Of a DNA stretch of 64,000 nt, positions 29,379 through 40,334 are shown piece after piece. Location of the stretch: assembly GCF_009914755.1 (NCBI RefSeq), contig NC_060937.1; one strand, given 5' to 3'. Each line of letters begins with the position of its first letter. Position 1 is the first letter of the stretch. A model generated the notes under the pieces. The model did no database searches and had not been told where the DNA came from. It saw only the letters and a list, made by a program, of their open reading frames with translations. The stretch comes from the human T2T-CHM13v2.0 reference genome, Homo sapiens. The position numbers and the translations under genes were made by a program.

Positions 29379-29911
29379 ACTAGCAGGGGAGTTGCTGCCA
29401 AGGCCCTCAAACATGGGGGCCATCCTTTAGAAACCCTGTCTAGTTGTTTAGAGACATAGGCCACCGACCTCATCCAGGGCCCCACAGTTTGGGTTAAAAG
29501 TCCACCTGCCATCTTTTCTCTCTCTGACACATACAATGGAAAAGGCTTTGTCAGATCGGGTAACCCCAGGGCTGAAGCTGCCAGAAGTTTTTCCTTTAAC
29601 TCATGAAAGACTTGCTGTTGTTAGGATCCCCCTTCCAAAGGTTCCCGGTCCCCGACCCCTTTGTGACCTCATACAAAGGCTTGGCTTATACTGCAAAGTT
29701 TGGGATCCACAGTCTACAAAACCCCACAGCTCCTGAGAATTCTCTCGCCTGCCTTCGGCCCTTAGGCTCTGGTAGATTGCAAATAACATGCTTTCTTTCT
29801 GTTCCCGGGTGGCTTCGGACCCCTGTCGGATCGGAAATCCCAAGTAAGGTACCTGCCCTGGGCAGATTTGAGCTTTCTTCTTGGACACCTAATACCCACA
29901 GTCCTCCAGGT
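29379..29911 (-). mobile_element. HERV-E-like (class I) pol fragment, copy 1
   Basis: Minus ORFs [17 protein letters not shown] (RT) and LTQTVGPWMRSVAYVSKQLDRVSKGWPPCLRALAAT (tether/connection domain). Confidence 0.88.
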
Positions 29912-29977
29912 AGGTCCTAAAGATCTTGGGATCCGCGATGGGGGTCCTAAGGCAGGGGGGGAAGAGGGGCTGGCTCT

Positions 29978-30578
29978 CACCCACCCCAAAATGGGCGGCC
30001 TTTATGTTCAGGTTTTGCCCAAGAGTCAGCTTATTTGCTTCTTCTACTATCAGGGCAGTTGCTGCCATGGCCCTCAAACAGGGGGGCCATCCTTTAGATA
30101 CCCTGTCTAGGTGTTTAGAGACGTAGGCCACCGGCCTCATCCAGGGCCCCACAGTTTGGGTTAAAAGTCCAGCTGCCATGTTTTCTCTATCTGACGCATT
30201 GAATGGAAAAGGCTTTGTCAGATCCGGTAGCCTCAGGGCTGGGGCCTCCAGAAGTTTTTCCTTTAACTCAAGAAAGACTTGCTGTTGTTGGGATCCCGAT
30301 TCCATAGGTTCCCAGTCCCCGCCCACTTTGTGATCTCATACAAAGGCTTGGCTAATACTTCAAAGTTTGGGATGCACAGTCTACAAAATCCCACAGCCCC
30401 TAAGTATTCTCTCACATGCTTTCTGCCCTTAGGCTGAGGTAGATTGCAAATGACCTGCTTTCTTTCTGTTCCTGGGTGCCTTCGGACCCCTGTCGGATAG
30501 TAAATCCCAAGTAAGGTACCTGCCGTCAGCAGATTTGAGCTTTCTTCTTGGACACCTAATACCCACAGTCCTCCAGGT
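29978..30578 (-). mobile_element. HERV-E-like pol fragment, copy 2
   Basis: ELKEKLLEAPALRLPDLTKPF...GWPPCLRAMAATALIVEEANKLTLGQNLNIKA. Confidence 0.88.
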
Positions 30579-31206
30579 GGGTCCTAAAGTTCATAGGATC
30601 CGCGATGGGGGTCCCAAGCCAGGGAGGGACGAGGGGCTGGCTCTCAGTCCCCGCCTCGCGGGGGGGTGCCTCCCCCCCCCCTGCGATGGGGGTCCTAAGA
30701 GCCAGGGGGGAAGAGGGGATGGCTGTCAGTCCCTCCCTCGTGGGTGGTACCTCCGCCTTCTGCGATGGTGGTCCTAAGAGCCAGGGGGAGACGAGGGGCT
30801 GGCTCTCAGTCCCCGCTTCGCGAGGGGTGCCTCCCCCCCCCGCGATGGGGGTCCTAAGAGTCTGGGGGGAAAGAGGGGCTGGCTCTCAATCCCCGCCTCG
30901 CGGGGGTGCCTCCCCCAGGTGCTATGTGGGTCCTAAGAGCCAGGGGTGAAGAGGGGCTAGCTCTCTGTCCCCTCGTCACGGGGGTTGCATCACCCACCCT
31001 GCGATGGAGGTTCCAAGAGCCAAGGGGGTAAGAGGGGCTGGCTCTCAGTCCCTGCCTCGCGGGGGTTCCTCCCCCCCTGCGATGGGGGTCCCAAGAGCCA
31101 GGGGGGGAAGAGGGGCTGGCTCTCAGTCCCCGCCTCGCGGAGGGTGCCTCCCCCACCACTGCGATGGGGGTCCCAAGAGCCAGGGGGGGAAGAGGGTCTG
31201 GCTCTC

Positions 31207-31805
31207 CACCACCACAAAATGGGGGGCCTTTATGTTCAGGTTTTGCCCAAGAGTCAGCTTATTTGCTTCTTGTACTAGCAGGGCAGTTGCTGCCAAGGCC
31301 CTCAAACAGGGTGCCATCCTTTAGAAACCCTGTCTAGTTGTTCAGAGACGTAGGCCACCGGCCTCATCCAGGGCCCCACAGTTTGGGTTAAAAGTCCACC
31401 TGCCATCTTTTCTCTCTCTGACGCATACAATGGAAAAGGCTTTGTCAGATCGGATAGCCCCAGGGCTGAAGCTGCCAGAAGTTTTTCCTTTAACTCATGA
31501 AAGACTTGCTGTTGTTGGGATCCCCCTTCCAAAGGTTCCCAGTCCCCGCCCCCTTTGTGACATCATACAAAGTCTTGGCTTATACTGCAAAGTTTGGGAT
31601 CCACAGTCTACAAAACCCCACAGCTCCTGAGAATTCTCTTGCCTGCCTTCGGCTCTTAGGCTATAGTAGATTCCAAATAACCTGCTTTCTTTCTGTTCCC
31701 GGGTGGCTTCGGACCCCTGTCGGATCGGAAATCCCAAGTAAGGTACCTGCCGTCGGCAGATTTGAGCTTTCTCCTTGGACACCTAATACCCACAGTCCTC
31801 CAGGT
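31207..31805 (-). mobile_element. HERV-E-like pol fragment, copy 3
   Basis: SKEKAQICRRQVPYLGF; LGLSDLTKPFPLY; CLRALAATALLVQEANKLTLGQNLNIKAPH. Confidence 0.88.
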
Positions 31806-31871
31806 GGGTCCTAAGGATCTTAGGATCTGCGATGGGGGTCCTAAGGCAGGGGAGGAAGAGGGGCTGGCTCT

Positions 31872-32472
31872 CACTCACCCCAAAATGGGCAGCCTTTATG
31901 TTCAGGTTTTGCCCAAGAGTCAGCTTATTTGCTTCTTCTACTATCAGGGCAGTTGCTGCCACGGCCCTCAAACAGGGGAGCCATCCTTTTGAAACCCTGT
32001 GTAGGTGTTTAGAGACGTAGGCCACCGGCATCAGCCAGGGCCCCGGAGTTTGGGTTAAAAGTCCAGCTGCCATGTTTTCTCTATCTGACCCATTGAATGG
32101 AAAAGACTTTGTCAGATCGGGTAGCCCCAGGGCTGGGGCTGCCAGTAGTTTTTCCTTTAACTCATGAAAGACTTGCTTTTGTTGGGATCCTGATTCCGTA
32201 GGTTCCCGGTCCCCGCCCCCTTTGTGACCTCATACAAAGGCTTGGCTAATACTGCAAAGTTTGGGATGCACAGCCTATAAAACCCCGTAGCCCCTAAGAA
32301 ACCCTCACCTGCTTTCTGCCCTTAGGCTCCAGTAGATTGCAAATGACCTGCTTACTTTCTGTTCCCGGGCTGCGTTCTGACACCTGTCGGATAGTAAATC
32401 CCAAGTAAGGTACCAGCCGTCGGCAGATTTGAGCTTTCTTCTTGGACACCTATACCCACAGTCCTCCAGGTG
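31872..32472 (-). mobile_element. HERV-E-like pol fragment, copy 4
   Basis: PVAYVSKHLHRVSKGWLPCLRAVAATALIVEEANKLTLGQ; 1894 bp downstream of copy 2. Confidence 0.88.
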
Positions 32473-33894
32473 GGTCCTAAGGTTCATAGGATCCACGATC
32501 GGGGTCTCAAGCCAGGGGGTACAAGGGGCTTGCTCTCAGTCCCTGTCTCACGGGGGGTGCCTCCCCCCTTGCGATGGGGGTCCTAAGAGCCAGGGGGGAA
32601 GAGGGGATGGCTGTCAGTCCCTCCCTCGTGGGGGGTGCCTCCCCCTCCTGCGATGGTGGTCCTAAGAGCCAGGGGGGGAAGAGGGGCTGGCTCTCAGTCC
32701 CCGCCTCGCGGGGTGTGCCTCTCCCCCGGCGATGGGGGTCCTAAGAGCCCAGGGGGGGAAGAGGGGCTGGCTCTCACTACCCTCCTCACGGTGGGTGCCT
32801 CCCCGCCTGCGACTGTGGTCCTAAGAGCCAGGGTGGAAAGAGGGGCTAGCTCTGAGTTCCCGCCTCGCGGGGGGTGCCTCCCCACCCTGCGATGGGGGTT
32901 CCAAGTGTCAGGGGGGAAGAGGGGGTGGCTCTCACTCCTCGGCTCGCGGAGGCTGCCTCCCCTCACTGAGATGGGGGTCCTAAGAGCCAGTGGGGAAGAG
33001 GGGCTGGCTCTCAGTCCCTGCCTCGCGGGGGGTGCCTCCCGCCTCTGCGATGGTGGTCCTAAGAGCCAGGGGGGAAAGAGTGGCTGGCACTCAGTCCCGG
33101 CCTCGTGGGGGGTGCCTCCCCTCCTGCGACGCGGGTCCTAAGAGCCAGGGGTGGAAGAGGGGCTGGCTCTCACTACCCTCCTCGCAGTGGGTGCCTCCCT
33201 GCCTGCGATTGGGGTCCTAAGAGCCAGGAGGGAAAGAGGGGCTAGCTCTGAGTCCCCGCCTCGCGGGGGGTGCCTCCCCACCCTGCGATGGCGGTCCCAA
33301 GTGTCAGGGGGGAAGAGGGAGTGGCTGTCACTCCTCGGCTCGTGGGGGCTGCCTCCCCCCCCTGCGATGGGGGTCCTAAGAGCCAGGCGGGAAGAGGGGC
33401 TGGCTCTCAGTCCCTTCCTCGCGGGGGGTGCCTCCCGCCTCTGCGATGGGGGTCCTAAGAGCCAGGGGGGGAAGACGGGCTCGCTCTCAGTCGCCGCCTC
33501 GCGGGGGGTGCCTCCCGCCCTGCGATGGGGGTCCCAAGAGCCGGGGGGGAAGAGGGGCTGGCTCTCTGTACTCGCCTCTCGATGGGTGCCTCCCCGCCTG
33601 CGATTGGGGTCCTAAGAGCCAGGGGGGAAAGAGGGGCTAGCTCTGAGTCCCTGCCTCTCGGGGGGGTGCCTCCCCACCCTGCGATGGCGGTCCCAAGTGT
33701 CAGGGGGGGAAGAGGGGGTGGCTGTCACTCCTCGGCTCGCGGAGGCTGCCTCCCACCACTGCGATGGGGGTTCTAAGAGCCAGGGGGGAAGAGGGGCTGG
33801 TTCTCAGTCCCTGCCTCAGTGGGGGTGCCTCCCCCTCTGCGATGGGGGTCCTAAGAGCCAGCTGAGGAAGAGGGGCTGGCTCTCAGTTCCCGCC

Positions 33895-34453
33895 TTTTTT
33901 TTTTTTCTCAGTGTTTTAGACGCCCAGCTGCACAACTTGATTGCCTTACAAATGACCTGCTTCCAGGATGCGGAAATTCCTAATTTCTTCTGTGACCCTT
34001 CTCAACTCCCCCATCTTGCATGTTGTGACACCTTCACCAATAACATAATCATGTATTTCCCTGCTGTCATATTTGGTTTTCTTCCCATCTCTGGGACCCT
34101 TTTCTCTTACTATAAAATTGTTTCCTCCATTCTGAGTGTTTCATCATCACGTGGGCAGTATAAGGCCTTCTCCACCTGTGGGTCTCACCTGTCAGTTGTT
34201 TGCTGATTTTACGGAACGGGCGTTGGAGGGTACTTCAGTTCAGATGTGTCATCTTCCCCGAGAAAGGCTGCAGTGGCCTCAGTGATGTACACGGTGATCA
34301 CCCCATGCTGAACCCCTTCATCTACAGCCTGAGAAACAGGCATATTAAAAGTGTCCTGCGGCGGCCGCACAGCAGCACCGTCCAATCTCCGTATCTTCTT
34401 ATCTGTTCCATTCCTTTTGTAGTGTGGGTTAACAAAGGCAGCAAGGTCAAATA
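33895..34453 (+). pseudogene. OR7E156P: Olfactory receptor family 7E pseudogene, 3' half only (TM4-TM7)
   Basis: FFCDPSQL, SYYKIVSSIL, YKAFSTCGSHLSVVC then TGA at 34204-34206; frameshift before MLNPFIYSLRN. Family assignment is firm; the specific symbol comes from recalled locus context and is unverified. Confidence 0.8.
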
Positions 34454-34454
34454 A

Positions 34455-37150
34455 GAATGATATCACAGGGCGAACACCCAAAGTGATATTAGGAGTAATA
34501 CTCCCTAGGATATAGAATATACTGTCACAGAGTATACACAGATGGGGTATACCCACTGTGATATTAGAAGCAATATCTCCCTAATGTATGAGGAAAAATA
34601 TCACAGGGTGTGCACACTGTGTGATATGAGGAGTAATATTTACCCTGGATATTACGACTAATATCAAGGGTGTACATACACGGGGTACACGCACTGTGAT
34701 ATCAGGATTTGTATCTCCCTAGGATATTAAGAATACTATCACAGGGTATACACTATGTGTGTACATCCACTGTGATATTTGAAGTAATATCTCTCTATGA
34801 GATTGCAAATAACATCAAAGCGTGTACACCCCTGTGACACATTAGGAGTAACACCCTTCTAGGGTATTACAGATAATGTCACAGCGTGTACACCTCTGTG
34901 ACGTTTTGTACACACTTTGTGACATTAAAAGAAACATCCCCCTAGGATATTGTGAATAATAACACAGGAGGGGTACACACATGGTGTACACCGCCTGTGT
35001 CATCAGGAGTAACATTCCCCTAGGATATTATGAATAATATCACAGCAGGTGTACACACATGGTGTACGCCCCATGTGACATTCGGAAGAGCATGCCCCTA
35101 GGATATTAGGAATAGTATCACAGGCGTTGAATACGCATTTTTAATGTGTAATGTCACCCCCGGTGACATTAAAAATAACATCCCCCTTGGATATTATGAA
35201 TAATAGGACCGGGAGTACACCCCGTGTGACATTAGGAATAACACCTCCCGAGGATATAACGAATAATATCAGAGGGTGTCCATGCATTGTGACCTTAGTA
35301 GTAACATCTCTTTAGGATATTACAAATAGTATCACAGGGTGTACAGGCATTGTGACATTAGTAGTAACATCCCACTGGGATATGACGAGTCATATCACAG
35401 GGTGTACACCCCGGTGACAATAATAACAACATTCCCCTAGAATATTACGAATAATATCACAGGAGGTACAGCCCCTGTGATTTACAAGTAACATGTCTAT
35501 AGAATATTACAACTCATATCACTGTGTGACTCTGTGTACACCCCGTGTGACTTTAGCAGTAACATCCCACAAAACTATGATGAAAAATATCACAGGGTGA
35601 ACACCCCCTGTGACCTGAGGAATAACGTAGTTTTAGGATATTATGAATGATGTGACAAGGTGTACACACCCTGTGACGTTAGGAGCAATATCCGTCTAGG
35701 ATGTTAGGAAGACTATCACACGGAACACACCCCCTGTGACATTAGGATATGACAAATAATATCACAAGGTGTACACGCATCGTGACATTAGTGCTAATAT
35801 CCCTCTGGCACACTATGAATAATATCACAGGGTGTACATCCCTGTGACATTAGGAGTAACATCCCCCTAGAATAGTAAGAATAATAACACGGGGTGTACA
35901 CCCCCTGTGACATGAGGAGTATCATCTCCCTAGAATATTATGAACAATGTCACAGGGTGTTATCGTCTGTTCCAATAGGAGTATAGACCCCTGGGAAATT
36001 ATGAATACTATCACAGGGTGTACAGCCCTGTGACATTAGCAGTAACATCTTTCTAGAATATCACGAATAATAGCACAATGTGTACACCCCCTGTGTCATT
36101 AAAAGTGAAATTGCCGTGGGATATTACAAAATAGAACACAGGGAGGACACCCCGTGTGACATTAGAAGTAACATCCCCCGAGGATATAACCAATAAGATC
36201 AGAGAATGTACCTGCATTGGGACATCAGTAGTAACATCTCTTCAAGACAATACTAATAATATCAAAGGGTGTACACACATTGTGAAATTAGTAGTGAACT
36301 CCCGCTAGGATATTAGGAATTTTATGACAGGGTCTACAGGCCCTGTGACATTAGCAGTAACGTTTTCCTAGAAGATTACGAAGAATATTAAAGGGTGTAC
36401 AGGACCTGTGAATTACGAGTAACATTTCCATAGCATATTGCACGTAACATCACTGTGTGTACACGCCATGTGACATTAGGGGTAACATCCCACAAAATTA
36501 TAACGAATAATTTCACAAGCTGTGCACTCTCTGTGACATTAAAAGTAACACTTCCCTAGAATATGACGACAATATCACGGAGTGTACACCCTCTGTGATA
36601 TGAGGAGTGACATCTTATGAGGATAATACGAGTAATTTCACAAGGTGTACAAACTCTGACATAAGGGGTGACATCCCTCTAGGACATTATGGATAATATC
36701 AAAAGGAACATACCCCGTGTGACAATAAATGCAACCTCCCATTAGGAGAATAAGAAACACCACAAGGTGTACACACAATGTGACATTATTATTAAGGTAA
36801 AGCTAGGATATTGGGAATAACATCACAGTGTACAGAGTCCTGTGACATCAGGTTTAACATTCCCCTGCAAAATTACGAATAATACTGAAGGGTGTATACC
36901 CCCTGCGACTTTAGAAGCTGCATCTTGCTAGAATATGGAAGATAATGTCCCAGGGTGTGAACCGAGGGTGACAGTATAGAAAGGATCCTAGGAAAAATCC
37001 GGGAGTAATATCACCCCACTATCGCCCCCTGGATATGACCATCCACATCGCGGGGGGCACCCGCCCCCCTGCGATGGGGGTCCTAAGAGCCGGGGGGCGG
37101 AGAGGGGTTGGCTCTTACTCCCTACATTGCGGGTGGTGCCTCACCCCCCT
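34455..37150. repeat. AT-rich SATR1/SATR2-type satellite (~65-90 bp units), grading into the GC-rich unit at ~37040-37150
   Basis: Recurrent aatatcacagggtgtacacccctgtgacattaggagtaacatccccctaggatatt; this satellite type is known beside OR7E duplicons. Confidence 0.85.
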
Positions 37151-37601
37151 GCACTATTCACAATAGCAAAGACTTGGAACCAACCCAAATGTCCTTCAAT
37201 GATAGACTGGATTAAGAAAATGTGGCACATATACACTGTGGAATACTATGCAGCCATAAAAAGGATGAGTTCATGTCCTTTGTAAGGACATGGATGAAGC
37301 TGGAAACCGTCATTCTCAGCAAGCTATCACAGGGACAAAAAAAGCAAACGCCTCATGTTCTCCCTCATAGGTGAGAATTGAACAATGAGAACACTTGGAC
37401 ACAGGAAGGGGAACATCACATACTGGGGCCTGTCATGGAGTGGGGAGAGGGGAGAGGGATAGGATTAGGATATATACCTAATGTAAATGACGAGTTAATG
37501 GGTACAGCGGTGTTGGTATAACATGGGACATGTATACATATGCAACAAACTTGCACGTTGTGCTCATGTACCCTAGAACTTAAAGTATAACAAAAAAAAA
37601 T
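37151..37601 (+). mobile_element. L1PA 3' end, fused directly to the satellite with no TSD seen
   Basis: gcactattcacaatagcaaagacttggaaccaacccaaatg...ccctagaacttaaagtataa plus A tail. Confidence 0.93.
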
Positions 37602-38274
37602 AAATATATATATATATTTAAAATGAAGCTGGTTAGGTTTTAAAAGGCTCCTCAATGATAATTACTTATATAGCTGAAGAAATGGGAGACAAAAGGAGGG
37701 CTTCTCTGCCTCCCCAGGGTCTTGGTTTGCCTGGAGGATGGAAGGAAAATATAAGAAACACTTGCAGATAGCATACAGTCTGGCTTTGAATGATCAGATG
37801 TGAATATGTTTCTTGGGATTTGAGGGAGGTTGGACAAGGGGTAGGTGTGGAAGTGCAGAGTGAGTTGGAGAAAGAAGTCTGGCAAAGAAGTTGTAATGAC
37901 TCAGGAAAGGGAATAGGGTTGTCTCTTTCCCTATGGGTAGAGGTAGATATTTTAGGAAAAAAGAGAGAGAGAAAAAAAGGATAAAATTTTGTTATGATCC
38001 CCCCAAAACTTGTTATGTAAGATATATATCTACTGATAGGACATTTTGAAAATTAGTATCAGCTTTATATTTGGGCACATGATTTCACTGAGATGGTTCT
38101 TTGGCAGAGCAGATTAAAATGATGTTCCTGAAATGAAACTCGAGTCTCCAAAATAATTGGCTCATTTTAAGCAAAATATTATTGATGATCAACAGTGACT
38201 GGCACATAATAATTGTTTAAATATTTGTTGGCTAAGTCAGGGAATGAATGATATGCTTTGGCAATTACTGACAG

Positions 38275-38282
38275 TATATAAA
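38275..38282 (+). promoter_or_regulatory. TATA box of the KRTAP gene
   Basis: TATATAAA 86 bp upstream of the ATG. Candidate upstream AP-1 (TGACTCA, 37897-37903) and LEF/TCF (CTTTGAA, 37784-37790) sites are weaker calls. Confidence 0.75.
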
Positions 38283-38360
38283 GGTCTCAGGGAAGTAGAA
38301 GACGTCCACACCTCAGAAGCATCTTCTTGAAACCCATCTCAATTCTCTCCTCTTGACAAC

Positions 38361-38774
38361 ATGTGTTGCAACTACTACGGCAACTCCTGTGGCTATGGCT
38401 CCAGCTATGGCTGTGGCTATGGCTCCAGCTATGGCTGTGGCTATGGCTCTGGTTATGGCTATGGCTATGGCTCCAGCTATGGCTGTGGCTATGGAACTGG
38501 CTACAGCTGTGGCTATGGCTGTGGCTATGGCTCTGGTTATGGCTGTGGCTATGGCTCCAGCTATGGCTGTGGCTATGGAACTGGCTACAGCTGTGGCTAT
38601 GGCTCTGGCTACAGCTGTGGCTATGGCTCTGGCTCTGGCTGTGGCTATGGAACTGGCTTCGGCTGTGGGTATGGCTGTGGTTATGGAACTGGCTATGGCT
38701 GTGGATGTGGCTCTGGCTCTGGCTACTGTGGCTACCGGCCATTTTGCTTTAGAAGATGCTATTCTTCCTGCTAA
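38361..38774 (+). CDS. High-glycine/tyrosine keratin-associated protein, KRTAP21-1-like, 137 aa, single exon
   Basis: [15 protein letters not shown]-terminus and [22 protein letters not shown]-terminus match recalled KRTAP21-1; (GYGxxYxC)n core; true ATG (acaacATG), TAA, TATA box and AATAAA present. It is longer than the canonical gene and has no KRTAP neighbours in the window, so a paralog is likely. Confidence 0.88.
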
Positions 38775-39055
38775 AACATCACTGTCAGAGGACAATTTGC
38801 TTCTAAAATGACACGGCTAAAGATAATACTGATTCAAGGATTCATACTCCAAGATTTCTATATCCAAGAATTACATGCTTGACAGAGTCTTGGACCTCTA
38901 GCCTCACATTTCTTTGAATGAAATCATGGCCATAGGATCCACGGTGTCATCTGACTGTTTTCCAAATGTTATCTTTTGCTCCCTTAATCTCTGACTCTCT
39001 GTTATGACTGTGTTAATGATCATAACATCTACAATTGGGGAAGTCAATCATTTGT

Positions 39056-39061
39056 AATAAA
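39056..39061 (+). terminator. Polyadenylation signal of the KRTAP gene
   Basis: AATAAA ~280 bp after the stop codon. Confidence 0.65.
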
Positions 39062-39079
39062 AATGGTTCTTTATTCCAA

Positions 39080-39351
39080 AAAAAAATGTTTTAGTACAAA
39101 AGAGTCAAAAAGCTAAAATAAAATATAGTTTATAAAGCAAAAAATTATCAGTAAGCTAAGTTTAATGTATTATTGAAGAAATAAAATGTATTTTATACAT
39201 TTACCCTAATGCCTAATGTTTAAGACATCTACTGTAGTGTACAGTAATATCCCAGGCCTTCACATTCACTCACTAATCACTCACTGATCCACCCAGAACA
39301 ATTTTCAGCCCTGTAAGTGCCATTCGTGCTAAGTGGTCTATATAGGTACTG

Positions 39352-39385
<34 letters not shown>

Positions 39386-39670
39386 TTATACTGTGTTTTT
39401 ACTGTATCTTTTCTAGATTTCAATAAGTTGAGATACACAAATATTTATTATTGTGTTACAATTGCCTATATTATCCAATATGGTAACATGCTGTGCAGGT
39501 TTGTATTCTAGAAGCAATAGGCTATACCTTATAATCTAGGTGTGTTCTAAGCTATATCATACAGGTTTATGTAAGTACACTGTGAAATCTGCATGGCAAA
39601 CATCATTGCCTTATGATACATTTCTCAAATTTTCAGAACATATCCCTGTTGTTTAGCAGCACGTGAATGT
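39080..39670. mobile_element. Tigger3/MER7-type DNA transposon fragment with internal (TTA)n
   Basis: cagtaagctaagtttaatgtattattgaagaa; ggccttcacattcactcact; terminal catatccctgttgtttagcagcacgtgaatgta. Confidence 0.75.
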
Positions 39671-40334
39671 ATTTGATTTATTGTCTTGATGTCCCTTTGC
39701 TTTCCCCATGTGTTACCATCAACTGCCTAATGAAACAGCCTGGGATTGTGTAATGACTAACTTAGTGCTTTGAGTTTAATTCTTTTTCAGCCACTGTGGT
39801 ATGTTGATTACTATATTAATAATGTGTCTCCTTTATGTGTTTTTAAATAGTTACTTGGTCATGAACTATTTATAAGCTTTGGAAACATGATTTCATTTAT
39901 TCTGCAGGATAACTTCAGGAAGTGGGTATTAATTCTCACTGTATAAGTGAAGACATTAAGCACCAGAGTTTAAGTAGCTTGGTAAGTGTTATTCCAGTAA
40001 TTAAATAGGCATAAATAGAGTTCAACTTTCTCAGTTCTATCTATAATTTCTCTCTATGTATGGGCTTATTTATATCAACCAGTATACACCTTGGTTTCGG
40101 CAATCAGTTATTGACTTTCTTTAAAGAAGGAAGAGAAGAAAAAAAAGGGAAGAAAAAAAAACCATAACCCTCTTTTACTATCGGACACCACATTTTTCTC
40201 TTCCACATTATCTTCTTTAAAGAACTGCATGTTGCAGAGTCCATGAGTGCAAGTGCTAGAAAGGCCAGGTAGAAATATTAAAAGTGATGCAGTTCAATAC
40301 TGACAGTGATGAAATACAGAATGTATGGACCCTA

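Larger units (their letters stand above)
29032..33893. repeat. GC/CpG-rich ~79-80 bp tandem satellite (arrays 29032-29378, ~30600-31206, ~32490-33893) interleaved with ERV pol fragments; CpG-island-like
   Basis: Unit ggggctggctctcagtccccgcctcgcggggggtgcctcc(c)ntgcgatgggggtcctaagagccagggggggaaga; units start at 29114, 29194, 29274, 29354. Confidence 0.93.

Noticed and set aside
28975-33776. Dense overlapping Gly/Pro/Arg-rich ORFs
   Set aside because: Translations of a GC-rich tandem repeat and frameshifted ERV pol pieces; not genes.
33697-34206. 169-aa satellite-OR7E fusion ORF
   Set aside because: GTG start inside the satellite, lacks TM1-3, and stops within TM6; no support for translation.
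29032-37150. CRISPR-like appearance (palindromic repeats, virus-derived inserts)
   Set aside because: Primate DNA, no cas genes, no unique constant-length spacers; the inserts are four copies of one ERV fragment.
38287-38811. Four extra ORFs overlapping the KRTAP gene (LW-, AMAV-, SH- and AIAT-rich)
   Set aside because: By-products of a stop-free hexamer repeat. The two alternative plus frames start at TTG/GTG, and only the Gly/Tyr/Cys frame has KRTAP termini and an ATG placed correctly after the TATA box.
39078-39086. A9 run just after the KRTAP AATAAA, suggesting a retrocopy
   Set aside because: The TATA box and upstream region are retained, no TSD is seen, and the run merges with A-rich Tigger3-type sequence.
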